Positions 39,434 to 49,514 of a stretch of 64,000 nt of DNA are shown here, in pieces. How positions within the stretch are numbered: the stretch's first letter is position 1; every line of letters starts with the position of its first letter. The DNA is from Gordonia sp. (in: high G+C Gram-positive bacteria) (GTDB lineage Bacteria > Actinomycetota > Actinomycetes > Mycobacteriales > Mycobacteriaceae). A program made the position numbers and the translations under genes. Where the stretch lies: NCBI GenBank assembly GCA_035343915.1, contig DAOQZZ010000013.1:9171-73170 (forward strand), written 5' to 3'. Under the pieces are notes generated by a model that saw only the letters and a list, made by a program, of their open reading frames with translations, did no database searches and was not told where the DNA came from.

Positions 39434-40819
39434 CTACAGGTTGATCATGTGCCCGATGGCACCGTGGAATACCTCTTGCAGCGCCTCCGACATCGTCGGA
39501 TGCGTGTGCACGTTGCGTGCCAATTCCTTGGCGGTGAGATCCCACTTCTGGGCGAGCGTGAGCTCGGGCAGGAACTCCGAGACGTTGTCGCCGACGAGGT
39601 GCGCGCCGAGCAGCTCGTCGTGGGTGGTATCGGTGATCAGCTTGACGAAGCCGGCCGTCTCGGCCAGCCCCTGCGCTTTGCCGTTGGCACTGAACGGGAA
39701 CGTCGTGACCTTGACGGCATAGCCCTCGTCCTTGGCCTGCGCCTCGGTCAACCCGAAGGACGCGACCTGCGGCTGGCAGAACGTGGCGCGCGGCATCATC
39801 CGGTAGTCACCGAGCGTCATGGTCTCCGCCCCGGAGATGGTCTCAGCGGCGACGATGCCCTGCGCCTCGGCCACGTGGGCCAGCTGCAGCTTCGCGGTGA
39901 CGTCGCCGATCGCGTAGATCCCCGGCACGTTGGTGCGCATGTAGTCGTCGATCGCGATCGCGCCGCGCTCGGTGAGTGCGACACCGGTGTTCTCCAGGCC
40001 GAAGCCGGTCACGCGGGGAGCGAACCCGACGGACATCAATACTCGGTCGACGGTGAGTTCGCCCGGCTGGTCTTTGGCATCGGCGTAGGTGACAGTGACC
40101 GAGCTGCCGTTGTCGGTGACGGTCTGCACCTTGGTCGACGTCAACAGCTTCACGCCGAGCTTCTTGTACTGCTTGGCGATCTCCTTGGACACGTCGGCGT
40201 CCTCGTTGGGCAGCACACGATCGAGGAACTCGATGATGGTGACGTCGACACCGTAGTTGGCGAGCACGTAACCGAACTCCATGCCGATCGCACCGGCCCC
40301 GACGATGGCGATCGAGTCGGGCAGGTCGCGGGTCAGGATCTGCGTCTCGTAGGTGACGACGTTGTCGGACAGCTCGACGCCGGGCAGCAGCTTCACCGTG
40401 GAGCCGGTATCGATGATGACGTCGTCGAAGGTGATCTCCCGGTCGCCGACGACGATGGTCTTTGCGTCACGGAACACCCCGTAACCGTCGATCTCGGTGA
40501 TCTTGTTCTTCTTCATCAGGAAGTGGACGCCCTTGACGATGCCGTCGGACACCGTGCGACTGCGGTCGAAAGCCGATCCGAAGTCGAAGCTGACGTCACC
40601 GCTCATCCCGAACGTCGCGGCCTCGTGCTTGAAGATGTGCGCCAGTTCCGCGTTGCGCAGCAGCGCCTTGGACGGGATGCACCCGACGTTCAGACAGACA
40701 CCTCCCCACCACTTCTCTTCGATGACGGCGGTGGAGCGGCCGAGTTGGGCGGACCGGATTGCGGCCACATACCCACCGGGCCCAGCACCCAGGACAACGG
40801 TTTCAAAGTGTTCTGACAC
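39434..40819 (-). CDS. lpdA: Dihydrolipoamide dehydrogenase
   Basis: [29 protein letters not shown] and HTHPTMSE motifs. Confidence 0.97.
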   Translation of the reverse strand: MSEHFETVVLGAGPGGYVAAIRSAQLGRSTAVIEEKWWGGVCLNVGCIPSKALLRNAELAHIFKHEAATFGMSGDVSFDFGSAFDRSRTVSDGIVKGVHFLMKKNKITEIDGYGVFRDAKTIVVGDREITFDDVIIDTGSTVKLLPGVELSDNVVTYETQILTRDLPDSIAIVGAGAIGMEFGYVLANYGVDVTIIEFLDRVLPNEDADVSKEIAKQYKKLGVKLLTSTKVQTVTDNGSSVTVTYADAKDQPGELTVDRVLMSVGFAPRVTGFGLENTGVALTERGAIAIDDYMRTNVPGIYAIGDVTAKLQLAHVAEAQGIVAAETISGAETMTLGDYRMMPRATFCQPQVASFGLTEAQAKDEGYAVKVTTFPFSANGKAQGLAETAGFVKLITDTTHDELLGAHLVGDNVSEFLPELTLAQKWDLTAKELARNVHTHPTMSEALQEVFHGAIGHMINL

Positions 40820-40884
40820 GGCTCTCAGCCTAGCGCTCGGACATGTCCGTCGCAGGGGGTCTCGGCGACCAGCCGATCGCCGTA

Positions 40885-40911
40885 TCAATCAGCAATTGAA
40901 TCGGTGATTGA
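40885..40911. promoter_or_regulatory. Inverted repeat TCAATCA-N13-TGATTGA upstream of tetR (candidate autoregulatory operator)
   Basis: 7-bp arms in an AT-rich stretch between the divergent lpdA and tetR genes. Confidence 0.45.
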
Positions 40912-40930
40912 AATGAGGTGTACTGGATGG

Positions 40931-41494
40931 GTGACCGTCGAAACCGCCACCCGAGAACGCCTCCTGTCGTGTGCCGAGGAGTTGTTCGCGCAGTCCCCTT
41001 TCGACGCGGTCTCGGTGCGGGCGATCTGCGCGGCGGCGCACGCCAACGTCGCCGCCGTCCATTACCACTTCGGCACCAAGGAGGACCTCGTCGTCGCGCT
41101 CCTCGACGAGCGGCTCGTGCCCCGCTGGCGCGACGCGCTCGACGGCCTCACCGCTGCGTCACCGGTCCCCGACGTCGTCGACGCGATACTCACGCCCTTC
41201 ATCGAAATCCAGTCCGACGCGCTCGGCCGCACCCACCTGCACCTGCTCGCACGACTCATCGCCGACGCGCCGCACGCCCGCCGTCCCAAGGGTTGGACCT
41301 CGCTGCGGAGGTGGAGCGCGACGCTGCCCAACGTCGACGAGAAGTCCGCCCGGGCGCGCTGGGCGCTGGCTTTCGATCTGATCCTGACCTCTTTCGGGCG
41401 GACCGGCGCGACCCCGCTGTCCCCCGACGCGATTGCGGCGCTGCGCGACTTTGTGATCGCCGGGCTCACCGCACCCCCAACTCCGGCCCCGTAA
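40931..41494 (+). CDS. TetR-family regulator
   Basis: SVRAICAAAHANVAAVHYHFGTKEDL. Start uncertain (40904, 40913 or 40931). Confidence 0.9.
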   Translation: MTVETATRERLLSCAEELFAQSPFDAVSVRAICAAAHANVAAVHYHFGTKEDLVVALLDERLVPRWRDALDGLTAASPVPDVVDAILTPFIEIQSDALGRTHLHLLARLIADAPHARRPKGWTSLRRWSATLPNVDEKSARARWALAFDLILTSFGRTGATPLSPDAIAALRDFVIAGLTAPPTPAP

Positions 41495-41518
41495 CCAGCC
41501 CCCGAAGAAGGCCCTCCG

Positions 41519-42724
41519 ATGACCACATCCACAGCCCCCGATCCGTTCGCCCCGGCCCGCTTGGGGCCGTTGCGCACGCGCAACCGGCTCATCAAGTGCG
41601 CCACCTTCGAAGGGATGACGCCCGACGCGCTGGTCACCGACGATCTGATCGCCTTCCATCGGGAGGTCGCCGCCGGCGGCGTCGCTATCAGCACCGTCGC
41701 CTATTGCGCGGTGACCCCCGGCGGGCGCACCGACCGTCACCAGATCTGGTTGCGCCCCGAGGCCGTGCCGGGTCTGGTCCGCCTGACCGATGCGATTCAC
41801 AACGAAGGAGCGCTGGCCGCCGCGCAGATCGGTCACGCCGGCCCCGTCGCGAACTCGGTGTCGAATCGGGTCCCCGCGCTGGCGGCCTCGCGCATCCCGG
41901 CCCCGATGGGCATGTCGGTGACGCAGTCCCCCGATGCCGACGAGATCGCCGGCCTCGTCGCGGCGTTCGCCGATGCGGCCAGGCTCGCCGTCGATGCCGG
42001 GTTCGACGCCCTCGAATTACACTGCGGCCACAACTATCTGCTGTCGAGTTTCCTCTCGCCGCTGCTCAACCGCCGGCGCGATGGCTACGGCGGCCCCCTG
42101 GTCAACCGCGCCCGATTCGCCCGCGAGGTGGCCGCGGCGGTCCGCGCAGCCGTCGGCGACCAGGTCGCAGTCTGGGCAAAGCTGAACATGTACGACGGCA
42201 CTCCGCGGCGCGGGCCGCTGCGCGGTTTCGACGTCGACGAGGCGTGCGCGACCGCTCGACTCTTCGAAGCCGACGGCCACCTCGACGCCATCGAGCCAAC
42301 CGCGGGCAGCTCGCTGCTCAATCCGATGTACCTGTTCCACGGCGATGTCCCGCGCAAAGAGTTCGCCGATGCATTCTCCGGGCCGATGCGCTGGGGGTTG
42401 AAAGTCGCCGGGCCGGTCTTCCTCAAGCACTACCCGTACCACGACGCCTACCTCTTGCCTCTGGCCAAGCAGTTGCGGGCGGCGGTGGCGATGCCGGTGA
42501 TCCTGCTGGGCGGGGTCACCGACCGCGCCAGCATCGACGCCGCGATGAGCGAAGGATTCGACTTCGTCGCCATGGGCCGCGCACTGCTGCGCGAGCCGGA
42601 TCTGCCGCGCCGTCTGGCAGTCGACCCGACGGTCCACTCGCAGTGCACGCACTGCAATCTGTGCATGCCGACGATCTACACCCACACCCGCTGCCCGGTG
42701 CGCACTGGCGAGGCGATCGGCTGA
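41519..42724 (+). CDS. NADH:flavin oxidoreductase (old yellow enzyme family)
   Basis: RNRLIK, QIGHAG, ELHCGHNYLLSSFLSP..NRR.D.YGG and C-terminal CTHCNLC motifs. Confidence 0.92.
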   Translation: MTTSTAPDPFAPARLGPLRTRNRLIKCATFEGMTPDALVTDDLIAFHREVAAGGVAISTVAYCAVTPGGRTDRHQIWLRPEAVPGLVRLTDAIHNEGALAAAQIGHAGPVANSVSNRVPALAASRIPAPMGMSVTQSPDADEIAGLVAAFADAARLAVDAGFDALELHCGHNYLLSSFLSPLLNRRRDGYGGPLVNRARFAREVAAAVRAAVGDQVAVWAKLNMYDGTPRRGPLRGFDVDEACATARLFEADGHLDAIEPTAGSSLLNPMYLFHGDVPRKEFADAFSGPMRWGLKVAGPVFLKHYPYHDAYLLPLAKQLRAAVAMPVILLGGVTDRASIDAAMSEGFDFVAMGRALLREPDLPRRLAVDPTVHSQCTHCNLCMPTIYTHTRCPVRTGEAIG

Positions 42725-42843
42725 TCTGTTCTCACATTCGTACTACGCACCCGGGGCGCTAATGCCCGATTCCCGGACGTAGGGTCGAAAAGGGCGAACC
42801 CCCTCGCCCGGAAGAGATCAGAAGAAGAAGGCGAAGAACTCCT

Positions 42844-43941
42844 ATGTGTACTCGTGTGATCTGGCCCGACGCCAACGGTGCCGTCGTCGTCGGGCGGAAC
42901 ATGGACTTCCACCAGGACCTCCACACCAATCTGTGGAAGCTGCCCCGCGGGATCGAGCGCGATGACCGCGTCCACGGCAAGCTCACGTGGAAGGCCAAGT
43001 ACGGCAGCATCGTCGCCGGCGTCTACGACCTGCTGTCGACCGACGGGATGAACGAGAAGGGCCTGGCCGGGCACATCCTGTGGCTGGCCGAGTCGAAGTA
43101 CGGCGACCCCGATGACTCACGCCCCCAGCTGGCGATGTCGGTGTGGTTGCAGTACTACCTGGACAACTTCGCCACCGTCGCCGATGCGGTTGAGTGGACC
43201 AAGACCAACAACCCACAGGTCATCCCGATGTCGGATCCGACCGGAGGCAGCCAGCCGGCGATCCACCTGGCGCTCGACGACGCCCAGGGCGATTCTGTGA
43301 TCTTCGAGTACATCGACGGTGAGTTGAAGGTCCACCACAGTCGCGACTACCTGGTGATGACGAATTCGCCGAGCTACGACCAGCAACTGGAACTGGTAAA
43401 GAAGTTCCAGGGGCTGGGCGGCGACGACCCGCTGCCGGGCACCTGCAATGCGCCCGACCGGTTCGCGCGTGCGCTGTACTACGTCAACCACCAGAACCAG
43501 CCGGCCGACTCCGAAGAGGCCGTCGCCGCGATGTTCAGCATCATCCGCAACGCCGCCCAGCCGTACCGCACGCCGGACCCGGGTAAGCCCGACGCATCGC
43601 AGACGCTGTGGCAGGTCGTGTGTGACCTGACCAAGCTGCGCTACATCTTCGGCTCGACGTCGCGCCCCAACATCGTGTGGGTCGACCTGCCCGAGATCGA
43701 CTTCACGGAGGGCTCCGGCGAGGCCAAGGTGGACCTGGTCAAGCGTCTCGAGGTGGAGAACGGGCTCTCGGGCAACATCACCAAGAAGTTCCACCGCCAC
43801 GCCAAGTTCCACATCGCCTCGATCGAACAGGCCAAGGCCCTCGGCGAGGCCGTCGTCAAGGCAAAGGCCGCCGTCGACGATGCCAAGAAGGTTCAGGAGA
43901 TCGTTGCGCAGAAGTACACCGACCTCGTCGGTGCGGAGTAA
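42844..43941 (+). CDS. Linear amide C-N hydrolase (choloylglycine hydrolase/penicillin V acylase family)
   Basis: N-terminal M-C-T nucleophile, GRNMD, DGMNEKGL, MTNSP and LPG...RFARA motifs. Confidence 0.92.
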   Translation: MCTRVIWPDANGAVVVGRNMDFHQDLHTNLWKLPRGIERDDRVHGKLTWKAKYGSIVAGVYDLLSTDGMNEKGLAGHILWLAESKYGDPDDSRPQLAMSVWLQYYLDNFATVADAVEWTKTNNPQVIPMSDPTGGSQPAIHLALDDAQGDSVIFEYIDGELKVHHSRDYLVMTNSPSYDQQLELVKKFQGLGGDDPLPGTCNAPDRFARALYYVNHQNQPADSEEAVAAMFSIIRNAAQPYRTPDPGKPDASQTLWQVVCDLTKLRYIFGSTSRPNIVWVDLPEIDFTEGSGEAKVDLVKRLEVENGLSGNITKKFHRHAKFHIASIEQAKALGEAVVKAKAAVDDAKKVQEIVAQKYTDLVGAE

Positions 43942-43977
43942 TCGCAGGTAAACGCCACAAGCGTTTCCACACGCCGC

Positions 43978-44006
43978 GAACGGCCCCGGGTCATCCGGGG
44001 CCGTTC
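43978..44006 (+). terminator. Hairpin GAACGGCCCCGG-N5-CCGGGGCCGTTC
   Basis: Perfect 12-bp stem 37 bp after the C-N hydrolase stop. Confidence 0.7.
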
Positions 44007-44021
44007 GTGCATGATGGACGG

Positions 44022-46082
44022 ATGACCAACACCGCGGATCCCAACGAATGGCTCGAAGACATCGAAGGGCAGGCGCAACTCGACTGGGCGCGCCACCAGA
44101 ACAAGGCGACGGTCGACGAGTTCGCGAGTACCCCACACTTCGAGCAGTTGCGCAGCGCAACCCTGGCCATCCTCGACAATGACGACAAACTCCCCGGTAT
44201 CACCCGGCGCGGCGAGTTCCTCTACAACTTCTGGCGCGACGCCGACCACCCGCGCGGCCTGTGGCGCCGCACCACGCTGGAGTCCTACTGCACCGAGAAG
44301 CCCGAGTGGGACGTGCTCATCGACGTCGACGCCCTCGCCACCGAGAACGACGAGAAATGGGTGTGGGCGGGGGCGCACGTCCTGCGCCCGCGCGACGGGT
44401 CCGGCGTATGGCGCCATGTCCTGGTGTCCCTCTCGCGCGGGGGCGCCGATGCGACCGTCACCCGCGAGTTCGACCTCGTGACACGCGAGTGGGTGGCTCC
44501 CGAAGACGGTGGCTTCCACCTCCCCGAGGGGAAGTCGACGATAAGCTGGCTCGACCCGGACACCGTCTACGTGAGCGCCGACTTCGGCGAAGCCCCCGAC
44601 GGCCAGCCATCGCTGACCGAGTCCGGCTATCCACGCATCACCAAGCGCTGGTCCCGCGGCACCGCCCTCACGAATGCACCGACGGTGTACACAGGCGAGT
44701 ACACCGACGTGGCCGCCGGTGCTTCCTACAGCAGCGTCCCGGGGTTTGAGCGGCACTTCGCCGAACGTGCGACCGACTTCTACAACTCGCTCAACTACGA
44801 ACTCGACCCGGACACCGGTGGCCTCACGCTGATCGATCTGCCCACCGATGCCCTATCGCAGCCCTACCGCCAGTGGCTCTTCGTCATCACGAGATCTCCG
44901 TGGGAACTGGGCACGGCGGTGCACGAGCCGGGCAGCCTCCTCGTCTTCGATTACGACGCCTTCGTCCACGCCGGACGACGGGAGGCGACCGTGCTGTTCA
45001 CCCCGGATGCGACGACGAGCCTGGCCAGCATCGTGTTCACCCAGTCCCATCTGGTGCTCACGACGTTGCACGACGTCGCCACTCAGCTGTCGCTGCTGTC
45101 ATTGGGCGACTGGCAACCGTCGGAGTTGCGGGGATTGCCGCCACTGGCCACCATCGGCGTGCACGACACCGACCCCGAAGACGGCGATGAGATCTTCCTG
45201 GTCTCCAGCACCTTCGTCACACCGCCGACCATGCTGCACGGGACCACCGTCGACGGTGTGACACCGATCAAACATTCGCCGGCGTTCTTCGATGCGGACA
45301 ACATCGTGGTCGAACAATTCTTCACCGCCTCCGACGACGGCACACGGATCCCCTATTTCGTCGTGCGACGCCGTGACGTCGAGTCCGGCCCGACCCTCCT
45401 CTACGGGTACGGCGGCTTCGTCAACGCGCTCGTGCCCGGCTACACACCGGTGCCCGGCCGAAACTGGATCGTCGAGGGCGGGATCTATGTCATCGCCAAC
45501 ATCCGCGGCGGCGGCGAGTACGGACCGACATGGCACTCGCAAGCACAGAAGGCCGGGCGCCACCTGGTGTACGAGGACTTCTCGTCGGTCGCGAAGGACC
45601 TGGTCGCCAGGGGACTCACCACCGTCGCGCAGCTCGGCGCGATGGGCGGGTCCAACGGCGGGCTGCTGATGGGCGTGATGCTCACCCGCTACCCCGAGCT
45701 CTTCGGCGCCCTGGTCTGCCAGGTCCCACTGATCGACATGCGGCGCTATCACACGATGCTCGCCGGGGCGTCCTGGGTGGCCGAGTACGGCAACCCCGAC
45801 GACCCGGAGCAGTGGGCGTTCATGGAGCCGTTCTCTCCGTACCAGAACGTCCGCGCCGACGTCGAGTACCCGCCCATCCTGATCACGACGTCAACGCGCG
45901 ACGACCGCGTGCACCCTGGCCACGCCCGCAAATTCGCAGCGATACTGGAGCAAACCGGGCATTCCGACGTCTGGTACTACGAGAACATCGAGGGCGGCCA
46001 CGGTGGCTCCGCGAACAACAAGCAGGCGGCGTTCCTGTCCGCCCTCGCCTTCGAATTCCTCTGGCAACAATTGGGTTCTTGA
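44022..46082 (+). CDS. Prolyl oligopeptidase (S9A)
   Basis: DPNEWLED, GYGGF, NIRGGGEYG, GGSNGG (Ser), DDRV (Asp) and GGH (His) motifs. Confidence 0.95.
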   Translation: MTNTADPNEWLEDIEGQAQLDWARHQNKATVDEFASTPHFEQLRSATLAILDNDDKLPGITRRGEFLYNFWRDADHPRGLWRRTTLESYCTEKPEWDVLIDVDALATENDEKWVWAGAHVLRPRDGSGVWRHVLVSLSRGGADATVTREFDLVTREWVAPEDGGFHLPEGKSTISWLDPDTVYVSADFGEAPDGQPSLTESGYPRITKRWSRGTALTNAPTVYTGEYTDVAAGASYSSVPGFERHFAERATDFYNSLNYELDPDTGGLTLIDLPTDALSQPYRQWLFVITRSPWELGTAVHEPGSLLVFDYDAFVHAGRREATVLFTPDATTSLASIVFTQSHLVLTTLHDVATQLSLLSLGDWQPSELRGLPPLATIGVHDTDPEDGDEIFLVSSTFVTPPTMLHGTTVDGVTPIKHSPAFFDADNIVVEQFFTASDDGTRIPYFVVRRRDVESGPTLLYGYGGFVNALVPGYTPVPGRNWIVEGGIYVIANIRGGGEYGPTWHSQAQKAGRHLVYEDFSSVAKDLVARGLTTVAQLGAMGGSNGGLLMGVMLTRYPELFGALVCQVPLIDMRRYHTMLAGASWVAEYGNPDDPEQWAFMEPFSPYQNVRADVEYPPILITTSTRDDRVHPGHARKFAAILEQTGHSDVWYYENIEGGHGGSANNKQAAFLSALAFEFLWQQLGS

Positions 46083-46143
46083 CCTGGGCATTTGCGACTC
46101 GTACCGTTGAGCCATAATCCACGCCAGCCCTGTGGAGGCCCCA

Positions 46144-46866
46144 ATGGCCATCGACTATGCGCCCCTGCCCGGCGAAGTGCAGCCGCCTGTCCCCGACGGT
46201 CCCAAGCTGTGCAGCGGCGAAGAGATGCGCATTCTGCACAACGCCTTCTTGTGGGCCTACGAGCAAGCACCCGGGTTGATCGGATCGGTGGGTCCCGGTG
46301 AGACTTCGCGTAGCGAATTCATCGGCCAGTGGCTGGCCGATCTGGATGCGACGCTGCACACCCATCACGAGTCCGAGGACGAACTCCTCTGGGACCGACT
46401 CGAACAGCGTTCCCCCAGCTGCGCCCTGCACGTCGGCCAAATGCGCGCACACCACGTCCAGGTGAGCGAACTTCTCGCGGAGACCGAACCGCTGCTGACC
46501 GCGTGGCGGAGCAATGCCGACCCAGCGACGGGCGAGAAACTGACCGATGCCTACACCAGGATGTTGGGCGTGTTGACGGTGCACCTGCGGCGCGAGGTCG
46601 TCGAAGTGGTCCCGGTCGTCGAACGGGTCATTACGCAGAAGGAATGGTCCGGGCTGGCCAAACACAGCATCAACGCGATCCCCAAGAGCCGTCTGCTGCC
46701 GCAGTTGGGGCTGCTCTTGGCGAACTCGTCACCCGCCGATCGAGCAGAGTTCTTCGCCGCCGTGCCGCCGCCGGTGCGACTACTGTGGCGCATCACCGGC
46801 CGACGCCAGTTCGCCAAGCAGTACCGGCAGTTGTTCCCCGGCCAACCGGTGCCGGAGACGATCTGA
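46144..46866 (+). CDS. Hemerythrin-domain protein
   Basis: HNAF, HHESED, MRAHH and HLRRE motifs. Confidence 0.8.
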   Translation: MAIDYAPLPGEVQPPVPDGPKLCSGEEMRILHNAFLWAYEQAPGLIGSVGPGETSRSEFIGQWLADLDATLHTHHESEDELLWDRLEQRSPSCALHVGQMRAHHVQVSELLAETEPLLTAWRSNADPATGEKLTDAYTRMLGVLTVHLRREVVEVVPVVERVITQKEWSGLAKHSINAIPKSRLLPQLGLLLANSSPADRAEFFAAVPPPVRLLWRITGRRQFAKQYRQLFPGQPVPETI

Positions 46867-46894
46867 CGCCGGGGCGACGGCCCCGAACGAACAG

Positions 46895-47710
46895 TCAATC
46901 TGCAGTCAGTGCCCGCACGACGAGTCCGACGACGACGACCGCCACTCCGACACCGCCGACGGCCAGACACCACTGGTGCAGGTTGTCGACGAGCCCGTTG
47001 ATCGCCGACTCGGCGACCTCGCGCATGCCTGCCTCGGTGACTGCGACCTCATCCTTCGCGCGGGCTGAGAAGTAATAGCCGCCCGCGAAGCTCGCGGCGG
47101 CCGACAGCACGCCGCCCAACCCCAGCCACACCAGTGTGGTGCCGCGCCGCCGGGACACCAGCAGCGCAAGCACCGCGGCGATCACGCCCACGACGATGCT
47201 CCCGTAAGCCAGACGCTTCACCTGCACACCCGACTGTTGATAGCGACCGGCCTCCAGCGCCTGGTCGCGGTCGCTGACGGGGACGAGGATCGGGCCCGGG
47301 ATCCGCTGGGCGAGTGCCGGGTTGGCTTGCGCGGCAACGCGACGGACCATGTTGGTGAGGTCGAGCTGCATGACGCCCGGGTCGACGCCGGGCGGTGCGG
47401 GCTCGAACAACCATTGATGCTGCTGGCTGGCCAGATCGACGAAGTCCTCGGTGAATGCCGGTGACTGCGTGTAGCGCTGCGCGAACGGTGCCACCAGCGC
47501 CCCGGCGGTCGCGCCGGCGCGGCGCTGGACCTGGTTGGTGATCGTGTCGGCCATGTAGGTGCGGACCTGGGCGCTCTGCCCCATCGCCGTCGCCGTCGCA
47601 CGGAATCCGTCGGCGTCGACGACCCGCTCGGTGACCCATAACGTGGGAAGCGCGACGACGATCGCGGCGACGGCGATCAGGCCGGCAAGGAAGGCTGCAA
47701 GGCTGCGCAT
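46895..47710 (-). CDS. Membrane protein of unknown function
   Basis: N-terminal TM plus three C-terminal TMs; paralogous to the 47733 gene. Confidence 0.75.
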   Translation of the reverse strand: MRSLAAFLAGLIAVAAIVVALPTLWVTERVVDADGFRATATAMGQSAQVRTYMADTITNQVQRRAGATAGALVAPFAQRYTQSPAFTEDFVDLASQQHQWLFEPAPPGVDPGVMQLDLTNMVRRVAAQANPALAQRIPGPILVPVSDRDQALEAGRYQQSGVQVKRLAYGSIVVGVIAAVLALLVSRRRGTTLVWLGLGGVLSAAASFAGGYYFSARAKDEVAVTEAGMREVAESAINGLVDNLHQWCLAVGGVGVAVVVVGLVVRALTAD

Positions 47711-47732
47711 CCGGACAGACTACTGGGCGTGC

Positions 47733-48536
47733 TCAGAACAGGATGGCGATGAGCAGGCCGACCGCGATCAGGATGGCACCACTCCGGACGAGCATGCCGA
47801 CCCACTCGTGGAGGTTGTCCAGCAGTTCACCGACGGCCTTTCCGCCGAGCCGCGCCATCCCGGGATCTGCGACGGCAAGCTCGGCCGTGGCCCGTTTGCG
47901 CAGATAGGTGGCGGCAGCGTTGGTTGCCGCCGCCGACAACAAACACCCGACGCCGAGGACCGCCACGATCACGCCACGATGCTGGCTGAACGCCAGCGCG
48001 ACCATTGAAGCGAGGGCGGCGACGACGACGCATGCGGTCCCCCACCGCGATACCCGCTCTGCCAGCGGACGATAACGGCCCGCTTCCAGGGCCGGTCGAT
48101 TCTGCCCCACCGGAACCCGGATCGTGGGGATCTTGTCGGCCAGCCCCGGGGTCACCTGTCCGGCGACCCGCCGGACCATGGCCGTCAGGTCCAGTTGCAT
48201 GACCTCGGGGTCGACGCCGGGTGGCGGCGGCGAGAACAGCCATTCGTGGGCTTGGGCCGCCAAGTCGGCGACGTCGTCGGCGAAGCCCTCGGAGTTGGTG
48301 AAGCGCACGGCAAGCGGACGGGCCAAGACGCCGGTCACCTTGCCGGCGTGTGCGGCGATCTGTTTGGTGATCGTGTCCGCGAGGTACTCACGGGCCTCGG
48401 TGGTCTCGCCGAGTTCCCGGACGGCCGAGGTGAAGCCAGACTCGTCTACGACGCGTGCCCGGATCCACAGCAGCGGCGGACCGAGGATGATCGCGACGAT
48501 CGCCACGACCACCGCGATGGTGGCGACAACGGCCAT
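47733..48536 (-). CDS. Membrane protein of unknown function (tandem paralogue)
   Basis: Shares HxWLFxPxPPGVDPxVMQLDLTxMVRRVA and ALEAGRY with its neighbour. Confidence 0.75.
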   Translation of the reverse strand: MAVVATIAVVVAIVAIILGPPLLWIRARVVDESGFTSAVRELGETTEAREYLADTITKQIAAHAGKVTGVLARPLAVRFTNSEGFADDVADLAAQAHEWLFSPPPPGVDPEVMQLDLTAMVRRVAGQVTPGLADKIPTIRVPVGQNRPALEAGRYRPLAERVSRWGTACVVVAALASMVALAFSQHRGVIVAVLGVGCLLSAAATNAAATYLRKRATAELAVADPGMARLGGKAVGELLDNLHEWVGMLVRSGAILIAVGLLIAILF

Positions 48537-49045
48537 CAGTTCTGGAACCCGACCGCCCCGCTGTGGATGCACAGCTTTCCGGAGTTGGACACCCATGCTG
48601 CCGCGAAACCACCACTGCACGCGGTGCCCTCAGGTACCGCGATGGCGCGACCGCCCCACCCGCCGATGGCGACGGAGGTGCCGCCCGGTGCGGATTGGGC
48701 CACCGACATGGCACCCGGCCCAGTGGTGTACGAATGCGCCTGCCCACCTCGGGGCGCACCGGCCAGCGCCGTCGACTTCGGCTGCAGTGATCGCGCATCG
48801 GCCTGTCCGCCGGCATCGGCCACGGCAACCGCCGTGCCGTTGCCGCCGGACTCCTCGGCACGGGCGCTACTGCCCTTGCCCGCCTTGGCGCTGCACGCAC
48901 TGCCCCCGACGACATGTGTTTGATGGCCGCCATTGGCGGCTTGGCACAACGTACCCGCCGAGGCGGTCGCCTGACCGCCGACGACGGCGAGCCATGCGCC
49001 AGCGGCGATCATGCCGGCGGTCGCGATGAATCGCGCCGCGATCAT
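48536..49045 (-). CDS. Secreted Gly/Ala-rich protein with four Cys (DUF6764-like, tentative)
   Basis: Signal peptide (ATASA), repeated G..A.A turns, Cys near both ends. Confidence 0.65.
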   Translation of the reverse strand: MIAARFIATAGMIAAGAWLAVVGGQATASAGTLCQAANGGHQTHVVGGSACSAKAGKGSSARAEESGGNGTAVAVADAGGQADARSLQPKSTALAGAPRGGQAHSYTTGPGAMSVAQSAPGGTSVAIGGWGGRAIAVPEGTACSGGFAAAWVSNSGKLCIHSGAVGFQN

Positions 49046-49482
49046 CCTGCAGCTCGTTTGAGGGATTCCTTCGTCAGGCCCTTCTTGGCGGTGTCGACGG
49101 CGGTCTTCTGCCCCTGCTTGACGAGCAAGCCGGGCAGCTTCACCTTGAGGTCGATCTCCAGGTCGAACTGCACATGTGTGCCCTTGGGCGTCTCGGTCAG
49201 CGTGTACACGCCGTGCTGCTTGGCGAGTTGGTTGCTGTCGATCAGGTCCCAGGTGCACGTGTTGTCGGTCCACGAGTAGTCCAAGGTCTGCTCGTCGGTG
49301 ATGGGGCCGACCGACACCTTCACCTTGACGATCTTCGGCAGACCGTCGTCGTACTCCTCGACGATCTCGGCCGACTTATGCGGTCCGGACCACTCGGGCA
49401 ACGACTCAACGTCCTGCAGGACTTCCATGACCACCGACGGCGGTGCTGCGATATCGAACTTGGTACTTGCGGAGACAGCCAT
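49042..49482 (-). CDS. SRPBCC/polyketide cyclase-dehydrase family protein
   Basis: DIAAPPSVVMEVLQDVESLPEWS and IDLKVKLPG motifs. Confidence 0.88.
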   Translation of the reverse strand: MAVSASTKFDIAAPPSVVMEVLQDVESLPEWSGPHKSAEIVEEYDDGLPKIVKVKVSVGPITDEQTLDYSWTDNTCTWDLIDSNQLAKQHGVYTLTETPKGTHVQFDLEIDLKVKLPGLLVKQGQKTAVDTAKKGLTKESLKRAAG

Positions 49483-49514
49483 GCGCGTAAACCTACCCTG
49501 TCGGACTGCGCGCG

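Noticed and set aside
42725-42843. Possible riboswitch upstream of the C-N hydrolase (several short stems, ACGCAC/GGACG words)
   Set aside because: It could not be matched convincingly to any remembered riboswitch consensus; an Rfam/Infernal search would be needed.
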